Part shown: positions 29,189-38,752 of the stretch, piece by piece | How positions within the stretch are numbered: the stretch's first letter is position 1 | Layout of the letters: each line of letters opens with the position of its first letter | Origin: Oscillospiraceae bacterium | GTDB taxonomy: Bacteria > Bacillota > Clostridia > Oscillospirales > CAG-272 | Direction of reading: 5' to 3' | DNA length: 59,503 nucleotides | Assembly (NCBI GenBank): GCA_015064245.1 | Contig: SVSQ01000002.1 | Location: 1 to 59,503 of the forward strand | Notes under the pieces: generated by a model | Told to the model about the DNA's origin: nothing | The model's database searches: none | Seen by the model: the letters and a program-made list of their open reading frames with translations, nothing else | Program-made: the position numbers and the translations under genes

Positions 29189-30139
29189 ATGACAGCGTTT
29201 ATTTTTATAGGTGTACTGATCTTACTTCTTTTGATATATTTGATAATTGCGTGGTCATATTTCAAGCTTGCGGTAAAACGCCCGTTCGTTGAAGATATGT
29301 GTACGAAGGAAGGTATCGCGAAGCTGAAGCTGACCGATCACGAGGAGGTACTGCTTGCAGGAAGAAAGCAGCTTGATACGACGGAATATGAAAAAGCAGA
29401 AATAAAGTCCTTTGACGGTCTGACGCTCAGAGGACGGTTTTACACCTTCACAGGCGCAAAAGCGACGGTCATCTTCTTTCACGGATATCGATCTTCACCG
29501 CTTATAGAATTCACCGCTTCTTTCAACTTTTACAAAAACAATAATATAAATGTGCTTCTCGTGCATCAGCGCGCTCACGGCGAAAGTGACGGGGAATACG
29601 TGACCTACGGAGTCAAAGAGAGAAGAGACGTTTTCAGCTGGATAGATTTTGTCAAAGACAGACTTGGCGAAGATGCCCCGATATTGCTCAGCGGAGTCTC
29701 AATGGGAAGCGCTACGATACTTATGGGCGCAGGCCTCGGATATCCCAAAAACGTCATAGGTCTTATCGCGGATTGCGGATTTACAAGTCCGTATGAAATA
29801 ATAAAGCACGTTGTAAAAACTCATATCAAGATACCCTTTAGGCCGCTGATCTATACCGTGAATTTTTTATGCAATAAGCTCGCAGGATTTGATCTTCGGG
29901 AGTATTCCACCGTTGAAGGCATAAAGAATTGCGATATACCGATACTTTTCGTTCACGGAAATGCAGACGATTTCGTGCCGCCCTCCATGACTAAAGCGAA
30001 TTTTGACGCGTATCAAGGACCAAAACAACTGCTGCTCGTAGACGGCGCGGGACATGGATACAGCTATCTGATAAATAAAATGGAATACCAAAAGAAAATA
30101 GAAGACTTTATTTTGAAAACATTGGACGAAAATGCTTGA
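29189..30139 (+). CDS. membrane-anchored alpha/beta hydrolase
   Basis: N-terminal TM, FHGYRSS, nucleophile elbow GVSMGSAT, C-terminal HG..D/GAGHG. Confidence 0.7.
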   Translation: MTAFIFIGVLILLLLIYLIIAWSYFKLAVKRPFVEDMCTKEGIAKLKLTDHEEVLLAGRKQLDTTEYEKAEIKSFDGLTLRGRFYTFTGAKATVIFFHGYRSSPLIEFTASFNFYKNNNINVLLVHQRAHGESDGEYVTYGVKERRDVFSWIDFVKDRLGEDAPILLSGVSMGSATILMGAGLGYPKNVIGLIADCGFTSPYEIIKHVVKTHIKIPFRPLIYTVNFLCNKLAGFDLREYSTVEGIKNCDIPILFVHGNADDFVPPSMTKANFDAYQGPKQLLLVDGAGHGYSYLINKMEYQKKIEDFILKTLDENA

Positions 30140-30198
30140 CAAAACAAATATTTTGTAGTAAACTTACTTTAGTTAATTTTAGTAAAGGGGACTGAAAA

Positions 30199-31863
<1,665 letters not shown>

Positions 31864-31885
31864 TACTCTTAAACAGATATTCAAC

Positions 31886-31920
31886 ACAGGAGATCGAAGA
31901 TCGGTCTCCTGTTTATTTTT
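31886..31920 (+). terminator. intrinsic terminator after fhs
   Basis: ACAGGAGA..TCTCCTGT stem (31886-31912) followed by TTTATTTTT. Confidence 0.8.
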
Positions 31921-32132
31921 GGCTGAAAAACGTCAAAATGTCGAAAACGACATTTTGTGCTATTAAGCACACATCAACAAGACAATAAATAATATAAATG
32001 AGGCAAATTTAAAAGATAACTCGACAATAAATGCTTGAGCAAAGAGAAGAAAAGTGCTCAGAATTTGCCTTTTTAGCGAGAATTGAGTAATATTTTGTGA
32101 AAAACGTAGATGAAGTTTGTGCAAAATGCATA

Positions 32133-32161
32133 TTGAATATTTCGCGAAAAAATTGTACAAT
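32133..32161 (+). promoter_or_regulatory. sigma-A type promoter for heparinase-like paralogue 2
   Basis: TTGAAT (32133-32138), 17-nt spacer, TACAAT (32156-32161). Confidence 0.55.
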
Positions 32162-32202
32162 ATAAATGTCACTAATTTCTGGCAGACAAGGAGGAATTTG
32201 TA

Positions 32203-34053
32203 TTGAAACGTAGGTTATTTGAAGAACGAAACTTTAATGTGACCGGCAAAGTCGTTCCGTACCAAAGTTTCAAACTGTTTATTGATAAACCCGAAGGTTT
32301 CAACATATGTGAAGAACATCGGGCAAAAATTATCAGTACCGCAGAGGAATGGCTTGAATATGAGTTTCCCGTAATTCTGGCGACAGATTATATGATGTTC
32401 AAAAGAACCGGTGACAGAACCGTGTACGGCGGGAAGTACGGAAAGCGGCGGCAGGCTGTAATGGCACTCGCTCTCGCAGAGTACTTTGAAAGACAGGGCA
32501 GGTTCACTGACAAGCTCATCGACGTTATCTGGATGACTCTGGAGGAAACAACGTGGGTAGCGTCAGCGCACAATCCTTCGAAAGAGGGAGTAAATACTTG
32601 TTTACCGTACGCTCATTCCGGCAAAGTCGATTATATCGACCTGTTCTCAGCTACCATAGCCGCAACGCTTTCATTTATATATTACCTGTGCGGTGATATC
32701 CTTGACGGCGTTACGACCCTGATCAACGAGAGGATCTTATATGAATTAAACAGAAGGATCCTTGAGCCGTTCCTTGATGACTACTGCATCTTAAGTAAAA
32801 TGGGATGGACGGGTGTAAAAGGAAATAAAGTTAATAACTGGAATCCCTGGATAGTTTCAAACGTGCTTACGGTTTGTGCTCTTACAGAAAGAGACCCGAT
32901 AAGAAGGGAAGCCGTTGTAAGACGAGCTATGAAATATCTCGATAACTTTACATCAGTTTACCACGATGACGGCGGATGCGACGAGGGACCGAGCTACTGG
33001 GGCGCGGCAGGCGGAGCGCTGTTCGATTGTTGCAACATACTGTACGATCTGACAGACGGATACGTTGATATCTTTGACGACGAACTATTACGAAAAATGG
33101 GTGAGTATGAGGCTAAGGTTGCAATACATGGTAACCGCTTCCTCAATTTTGCGGATTCACCCTCTAAACTGAACCCAAGCGGTGGACTGATTTACGACTG
33201 GGGCTGCAGATGCAATTCCGAAATGCTGAAAACATTCGGACTGTCACGTCTGAACGGCGGACTCATAAGTTCGAAGCCCGACATAAATCACATCTATCGA
33301 TATTTCCGTTTAGCAAGCGAGCCTAAACACGAAGCGGCAGAGTACATCGCGCCCACGAAATTCTACCTTGACGGTATAGTAGTGGCGGCTGCGCGAGAGA
33401 CCGAAGCTACGGACAAAGGCTTGTATCTCGCATTAAAGGGCGGAGCGAATAACGAAAGCCATAATCACAACGATATTGGTAACGTTATAGTCTTCGCGGA
33501 CGGAAAGCCGATCTTCATCGACGCGGGTTCCGGAACATATACTCGCAGAACCTTCAGTAAGGACAGATACACGATATGGGCTATGCGCTCCGATTATCAC
33601 AATTGCGCAACAGTGAACGGAGTGATACAAGAAAAAGGCGCTGAGTACCATTCGGAAGACGAAGAGTATGACGAGACGAGCGGAAAGCTGAAAATAAGTC
33701 TCAAGCGCGCATATCCCGAATCAGCAGACATAGCAGAATACACACGAAGCGCGGTCCTTGAAAACGCAACGGCAATCATTGAAGATGACATCAAGTTTAA
33801 TAACGAAGGAGATATCGTCTTTAACTATCTGTGCGTGGAGGAACCCTCAGACGTAACGGAAGATTCCTTTGTTCTGAGCGGTCGCAGGATAACCTTTGAC
33901 GCATCTCTTGAGTTCAAGTACGAGACAGTTGATTGCTCCTGGGTTGAAACAGCTAAAATTCCTACAAACTGGGGCGTTGAAAGCATATACCGCATAACAC
34001 TGACAAGCAAAGACAAGATAAAAGAGAAAAAATACGTTCTGACAGTTAAATAA
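32203..34053 (+). CDS. heparinase II/III-like protein, paralogue 2 (no signal peptide)
   Basis: TTG start after AAGGAGGA. 616 aa; LEETTWVASAHN, GCDEGPSYW, NNESHNHNDIGNVIVFADGKPIFIDAGSGTYTRRTF. Confidence 0.8.
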   Translation: MKRRLFEERNFNVTGKVVPYQSFKLFIDKPEGFNICEEHRAKIISTAEEWLEYEFPVILATDYMMFKRTGDRTVYGGKYGKRRQAVMALALAEYFERQGRFTDKLIDVIWMTLEETTWVASAHNPSKEGVNTCLPYAHSGKVDYIDLFSATIAATLSFIYYLCGDILDGVTTLINERILYELNRRILEPFLDDYCILSKMGWTGVKGNKVNNWNPWIVSNVLTVCALTERDPIRREAVVRRAMKYLDNFTSVYHDDGGCDEGPSYWGAAGGALFDCCNILYDLTDGYVDIFDDELLRKMGEYEAKVAIHGNRFLNFADSPSKLNPSGGLIYDWGCRCNSEMLKTFGLSRLNGGLISSKPDINHIYRYFRLASEPKHEAAEYIAPTKFYLDGIVVAAARETEATDKGLYLALKGGANNESHNHNDIGNVIVFADGKPIFIDAGSGTYTRRTFSKDRYTIWAMRSDYHNCATVNGVIQEKGAEYHSEDEEYDETSGKLKISLKRAYPESADIAEYTRSAVLENATAIIEDDIKFNNEGDIVFNYLCVEEPSDVTEDSFVLSGRRITFDASLEFKYETVDCSWVETAKIPTNWGVESIYRITLTSKDKIKEKKYVLTVK

Positions 34054-34358
34054 AAGGACATAAGCAAGCCTGATATTGACCAAGGAAATTAAGTTACATC
34101 ACAAAACCGCGTACTTACCGAGACACGGCGGTCAAGGTAAGATAGGCGTCACCTTCGGATATTTGCTCACGGCTCTCAAAACTTTTGCGAGAAATGCACG
34201 GTACTATAGGAGGAATTACGTATCTGCTTCAAACAAAGTTAGCGAATGACGAAATAGCATAGTCGGCATTCCGAATCAGAGCTTTGATAAATATACGTTA
34301 CGGATTTAGCTCAAGTGATTGCTTTAAACTGACTAATGAGTAACACCGAGATGCAAAA

Positions 34359-34561
34359 CCAATAGCGAAACCTTATATGACAATAGAGAAATGACAAAAC
34401 AAACCTAATAGATAAACCCAATAGAAATAGTAAACCCAATAGAAACCCAATAGAGAAGACCAATAGAAATAGAAAACCAATAGTAAACCAACAGAGACCC
34501 ATAGAAAACAATAGCATACAATAGACATAGCAAACCCTAAATAGAAAGAACAGAGCAATAG
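34359..34561 (+). repeat. array of about 15 C(C)AATAG direct repeats (A-rich, strand-asymmetric)
   Basis: 10 exact CAATAG copies (6 as CCAATAG) plus single-mismatch variants in 203 nt, mostly 10-13 nt apart. Over 34381-34560 the + strand is 56% A and 12% T. Confidence 0.9.
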
Positions 34562-34774
34562 AGTTCCGATTATCACAGAGTAGTTCGGTCTTCGGAACTG
34601 ACCGAGCGGCGATGTGAATATTGCTCAACCAATCTGTATCTGAAATGAAGTTTCAACGGCTAAGCGATGCAAAGCGACACAAAGTGATTCAGTCGACAGT
34701 TTCACCAAGTGAAGCGATGCAGAACGAGGTTTTTGATTCCGAATAGCTTTTACAGATCAGACCTAAAAACAAAG

Positions 34775-34819
34775 ACGGTTCTCCTGCCTGAATCCCGGGA
34801 GAACCGTTTAATTTTTTTA
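34775..34819 (+). terminator. strong intrinsic terminator closing the ORF-free tract (also hairpin+T run on the minus strand)
   Basis: ACGGTTCTCC (34775-34784) / GGAGAACCGT (34798-34807), then TTAATTTTTTT. Confidence 0.8.
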
Positions 34820-34831
34820 TCAAAAGAATAA

Positions 34832-34863
34832 TAAAAAAAGATCCCGCAACAATGTGCAGGATC
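34832..34863 (-). terminator. intrinsic terminator of tRNA-Val
   Basis: Minus strand GATCCTGCA..TGCGGGATC hairpin (34840-34863) followed by T7. Confidence 0.75.
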
Positions 34864-34865
34864 TA

Positions 34866-34942
34866 TGGTGGAGACAACTGGGATCGAACCAGTGACCTCA
34901 TGCATGTCAAGCATGCACTCTAACCAGCTGAGCTATGCCTCC
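34866..34942 (-). tRNA. tRNA-Val (anticodon GAC), CCA encoded
   Basis: Minus strand GGAGGCATAGCTCAGCTGGTTAGAGTGCATGCTTGACATGCATGAGGTCACTGGTTCGATCCCAGTTGTCTCCACCA. 7-bp acceptor stem, anticodon loop TTGACAT, GTTCGATCC T-loop. Confidence 0.95.
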
Positions 34943-34952
34943 GTACTTTAGT

Positions 34953-34981
34953 ATTATATCATATTTTAACCTAAAATGCAA
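34953..34981 (-). promoter_or_regulatory. sigma-A type promoter of tRNA-Val
   Basis: Minus strand TTGCAT (34976-34981), 17-nt spacer, TATAAT (34953-34958), about 10 nt upstream of the tRNA 5' end. Confidence 0.65.
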
Positions 34982-35062
34982 TATGTAATATTGCACAAAA
35001 TTTGCGTGGATAACGCCTTATTTTCTTTAGTATTTTTTATTTAAGAAAGGACTTAGCCAAAA

Positions 35063-36934
35063 ATGAACGAAAGAGTATTCGACAAAAGAAATTACAACAT
35101 TGTAGGTAAGCTCGTTCCATACGAACATTTTAAGATATTCTGCGATAATCCTGATGGTTTTAAGATCGATCCCGGACATTATTCCAATATTATTTCAAGA
35201 GCTGAAGGACTGCTGGATAAAGAATACCCAATGCTTATTGCCTCGGATTATATGATGTATAAGCGTGACGGCAACCGCGCCATTTACGAGCTCAAGTATA
35301 TGGAAAGAAGACAGGATATTCTGGTACTTTCTCTTGCAGAGTTTATTGAGAAAAAGAACAGATTTACCGATACTATCATAAATCTTATGTGGATGCTACT
35401 TGAGGAAACAACTTGGGTTATACCTGCGCACAACCATCCTAAAAAGGACGTAAATACCTGCCTGCCGTACTCTTTTTCAGAAAAAGTTGACTTCTTCGAC
35501 CTCTTTTCCGCTATGACAGGAGCTTGCGTCGCATTAGTATATCACCTTATGAAAGAGCGCTTTGACAGCGTTACTACGATCATTAATGACCGAATAATCT
35601 CCGAACTTGACAGAAGACTGATAGAGCCATTCCTAAACGACGTTGATATGATAGAGCATCTGTGGTGGTCTGGCTCAAGAGGCAATAAGGTAAACAACTG
35701 GTGTCCTTGGATCGTCTCAAATATTCTAACTGTTTGCGCTCTTTGCGTCAAAGAAAAGGGGAAGAGAGAAGCGATCGTAAAACGTTCACTCCCTCTCCTC
35801 GACGCATTTACCGCTACCTACCACAGCGACGGAGGCTGCGATGAAGGTCCCAGCTATTTCAACGTTGCAGGAGGCGCACTGTTTAATGCCTGCGAGGTAC
35901 TGTACGACCTAACAAACGGATATATAAATGTTTACGACGATCCGCTGATCAAAAATATGGGCGAATACGCGGTAAAGGCGATAATCAACGGCGTAAGAGC
36001 TATGAATTTTGCGGATTCGCCGTCTAAAGTAAATATAAATCCCGTGATGATGTATCTATGGGGGAAACGCTGTAATTCGGAAATGATGATAAGCTACGGT
36101 CAGAATCGTCTGAACGGCGAGCTTTATGATACGGTCGCTCAAAACGGAATCAATATGAACCTTGTTTATATTCCGTATAGGGCATTCAAGTTTTTGTGTA
36201 TTCCGAGACTTGAAAAGACCGATTTCGTAGCGCCGAAAAAATTCTATCTGGACGGCATCAAGATCGCAGCTACAAGAGAGTATACCGATACTTCAAAAGG
36301 CCTATACGTGGCGTTTAAGGGCGGTACAAACAACGAAGGTCATAACCACAACGACTTAGGTACTACAATAGTCTTCGCGGACGGAGAGCCGATCTTCCTT
36401 GACGCAGGCTCGGGAACATATACACGCAGGACATTTAACGAAGAAAGATACACCATCTGGTCAATGCTCTCCGACTATCATAACTGCGCCACGATCAACG
36501 GAGTCACTCAGAAGCAGGGAGCAGAGTACGTCACCTGCGACGAGGTATATGACGAAAATATCGGTAAGCTTACCATGTCTCTTTTAAAGGCATACCCCGA
36601 GGAAGCGGGAATCGAGTCGTATTACAAGAGCGCTGTTCTTGAAAACTCTGCGGTGATTATTGAAGACAAGATCAAACTCAAAGCGCCCGGACAAATTATG
36701 TTCAGCCTTATTTGCGATTGCGAGCCCGAAAACGTTACGGATAGTTCCTTCACCGTACACGGAAGGGAAGTCCGCTATGACGCTTCACTTGAATTTAGTT
36801 CCGAGCCCCTTGATAAGACCTGGTCCGAGACGGCAAATATCCCTTCGCATTGGGACGTGGAGACTCTGTACCGCATAACTCTTACTACCAAAGAAGACAT
36901 AAGTGAAAAGAATTATTTGTTAACTGTTAAATAA
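35063..36934 (+). CDS. heparinase II/III-like protein, paralogue 3 (no signal peptide)
   Basis: 623 aa; colinear with paralogue 2 (roughly 60% identical by eye). LEETTWVIPAHN, GCDEGPSYF, NNEGHNHNDLGTTIVFADGEPIFLDAGSGTYTRRTF. Confidence 0.8.
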   Translation: MNERVFDKRNYNIVGKLVPYEHFKIFCDNPDGFKIDPGHYSNIISRAEGLLDKEYPMLIASDYMMYKRDGNRAIYELKYMERRQDILVLSLAEFIEKKNRFTDTIINLMWMLLEETTWVIPAHNHPKKDVNTCLPYSFSEKVDFFDLFSAMTGACVALVYHLMKERFDSVTTIINDRIISELDRRLIEPFLNDVDMIEHLWWSGSRGNKVNNWCPWIVSNILTVCALCVKEKGKREAIVKRSLPLLDAFTATYHSDGGCDEGPSYFNVAGGALFNACEVLYDLTNGYINVYDDPLIKNMGEYAVKAIINGVRAMNFADSPSKVNINPVMMYLWGKRCNSEMMISYGQNRLNGELYDTVAQNGINMNLVYIPYRAFKFLCIPRLEKTDFVAPKKFYLDGIKIAATREYTDTSKGLYVAFKGGTNNEGHNHNDLGTTIVFADGEPIFLDAGSGTYTRRTFNEERYTIWSMLSDYHNCATINGVTQKQGAEYVTCDEVYDENIGKLTMSLLKAYPEEAGIESYYKSAVLENSAVIIEDKIKLKAPGQIMFSLICDCEPENVTDSSFTVHGREVRYDASLEFSSEPLDKTWSETANIPSHWDVETLYRITLTTKEDISEKNYLLTVK

Positions 36935-36958
36935 AGCGATATAGGAGGATGATCTTAA

Positions 36959-37879
36959 ATGGAAGAGACCTTTCCTTACCTATGGATAGACCGCAAGGAC
37001 AGAAAAAGATGTGTTAAGTATTCCGCCAAAGCCACATCGATAAGGATCAAATATGAGAACGGAATCGATCAGCTTCTCATAGATCAAGTTGATGCGCTTG
37101 CAGAGTATTTGAGGAAACACTATTATTTTCCTGTAAGATGCAATATCCATATTACTGATCACAAAAGATATCGCTCAGATTCTGACGGTCATATTTTTTA
37201 CGGTGTATTTTATGATAACAATGACGTGTACCGGAAGCGAAAGCTCTATCCTGAGATATATGTCGCCGGTCGGCTTTACCGCAGTTCAAGTATCGAGCAG
37301 ATACTCTACACGATACTTCACGAGCTATCTCATTATTATCAATGGTTTTTCGATGAAATACGCGATAGAACAGATCGCAGTATTGAAATAGAAGCTACAA
37401 AATGGGCGAGGATCATACTTGAAGAGTATAAAGAGTCCCAAACTATCTCAACACCGTTTGGTAAGCTCAATATTTATGTCGACGGAGCGCCCATAAATTA
37501 TCTTCCTATAAAGCTACGATACGACCGTCCGCCATGTAAGCCGCTTTCTGCGTGCTATAGGATAAAAGGCATCGTCTCAAATGTATCCGAAGTAAAATGC
37601 GTAATAGAAACGACGGAAGACGTTGACTTTTCCCCCGAGTCAGGAGAGGATTATATATGCACAACTCTTACAAAAGATAATGTAATGCTCACCGTCGGAA
37701 CTGAAGACCCATCATACGGCAAAACTTCTAAATATAGCGTAAGACATATAGAAAACGGCTTGATATTTACGGATTTTTCGGAAAAAACTAAGTTGATCTT
37801 AGGCGTTGCATGGGTAAGTGACGCAGACGATTATGACACGCGAACATGGTACGCCGCTGATATAGCACTCGACAGATAA
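36959..37879 (+). CDS. uncharacterised protein with HExxH (HELSH) zinc-metallopeptidase-like motif
   Basis: 306 aa; TAGGAGGA RBS; 24 nt after paralogue 3 with no terminator between. ILYTILHELSHYYQWF plus downstream Glu (IEIEATKWA). C-terminal half without recognisable motifs. Confidence 0.5.
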   Translation: MEETFPYLWIDRKDRKRCVKYSAKATSIRIKYENGIDQLLIDQVDALAEYLRKHYYFPVRCNIHITDHKRYRSDSDGHIFYGVFYDNNDVYRKRKLYPEIYVAGRLYRSSSIEQILYTILHELSHYYQWFFDEIRDRTDRSIEIEATKWARIILEEYKESQTISTPFGKLNIYVDGAPINYLPIKLRYDRPPCKPLSACYRIKGIVSNVSEVKCVIETTEDVDFSPESGEDYICTTLTKDNVMLTVGTEDPSYGKTSKYSVRHIENGLIFTDFSEKTKLILGVAWVSDADDYDTRTWYAADIALDR

Positions 37880-37884
37880 ATGAA

Positions 37885-37924
37885 AAAGGTACAGATTTTA
37901 ACTTCTGTACCTTTGTTTTTTTTA
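37885..37924. terminator. bidirectional intrinsic terminator between convergent genes
   Basis: AAAGGTACAG (37885-37894) / CTGTACCTTT (37905-37914), A run before and T run after. Confidence 0.8.
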
Positions 37925-38752
37925 TTCGTGCTCACCCTCGTGAAGTCTGTATTTTTCAGGAGAAACGCCGGTAAAGCGCTTAAATGTATGAGAAAAATGG
38001 TAGCTGTCCGCAAAATGATAGGTCATAGCGATCTCCTTGATCTGCAGGGAAGTGTTGAGCAAGAGGAGCTTAGACGCGTTTATCTTGGTTTTTAATATGT
38101 ACTGTTTTGGTGTAACACCGAATTTCTCTCTGAAGATTCTGATAACGTGAGTTTCGCTCAGATAGAACTGCTTTGCTATGGTGGTTACGGAAATATCAGA
38201 GTCTATATTCGTTTCTATGTAATGCTTGATCTTCTGCGCGATAACGGCGGATTTACATTCTACCGTATGGTTTTGAGCGAATATAAGCTCGATAAACAGC
38301 TTATAGAACTGCAGAGCCATTTGGTTCGTAGTCTCGACCTTGTTATCAGATTCATCCATAAAGTCGCATATTTCATTAAAATAGTCAATAGACGTTGGAC
38401 GGAGAGAGATGTGAGTCTGAAAGGCGTTACATGAAAACGCAAAGGAATCAGCAAGCCAACCGTAGCAAGCGATGCCGGAAATAAAGGCTATTGAATCAGG
38501 CGTAGTAATGGTGTACTCAACGCCGGGACCGATATAACAGAGCGAGCTTTCCTGCGGAGTGATCTCGCTTCCGTCTTCAAATTTAATTACACAGCTGTCT
38601 GATCTGAAATATAGAAAATGATGATATCTATTACCTTTAACGTCGGAAAGAAGCTCGTTTTCCTTCAGCTCCTTGTAATAGAAAAATCTGCCTTTTGTGA
38701 ATTCGGTTAAAAATTCAGGTGGTAAAACGTTCATAGGAAAATTCCAAATCAA
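37922..38752 (-). CDS. AraC family transcriptional regulator (cupin-type sensor + HTH)
   Basis: 276 aa; C-terminal IKEIAMTYHFADSYHFSHTFKRFTGVSPEKYR AraC HTH. Confidence 0.9.
   Translation of the reverse strand: MIWNFPMNVLPPEFLTEFTKGRFFYYKELKENELLSDVKGNRYHHFLYFRSDSCVIKFEDGSEITPQESSLCYIGPGVEYTITTPDSIAFISGIACYGWLADSFAFSCNAFQTHISLRPTSIDYFNEICDFMDESDNKVETTNQMALQFYKLFIELIFAQNHTVECKSAVIAQKIKHYIETNIDSDISVTTIAKQFYLSETHVIRIFREKFGVTPKQYILKTKINASKLLLLNTSLQIKEIAMTYHFADSYHFSHTFKRFTGVSPEKYRLHEGEHE

Noticed and set aside
34076-34249. 57-codon open frame starting at TTG just after paralogue 2
   Set aside because: It has no ATG, no RBS and a basic low-information sequence, and it is shorter than expected for a real gene. 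It is treated as noncoding.
34359-34561. CRISPR array
   Set aside because: The repeat unit is only 6-11 nt with 3-19 nt between copies. There are no 25-40 nt spacers, no palindromic repeat and no cas genes in the window.
34359-34561. TRAP- or HutP-type UAG-triplet binding site
   Set aside because: Those proteins need (G/U)AG triplets at regular 2-3 nt or 4 nt spacers. Here the TAG-to-TAG distances are 6-25 nt and irregular. TRAP is also Bacillus-specific.
34311-34628. Minus-strand ORFs of 105 aa (34311-34628) and 67 aa (34373-34576) across the repeat array
   Set aside because: Their sequences (LLGLLFLLGL, FYFYW...) are just translations of the CTATTGG repeat. The long one starts at TTG without an RBS. 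It would have to be transcribed through two tRNA-Val terminators.
34054-35062. Integrated mobile element at tRNA-Val
   Set aside because: No integrase, recombinase or phage gene is nearby. I could not find a duplicated copy of the tRNA 3' end. The flanking genes are paralogues of each other rather than cargo.
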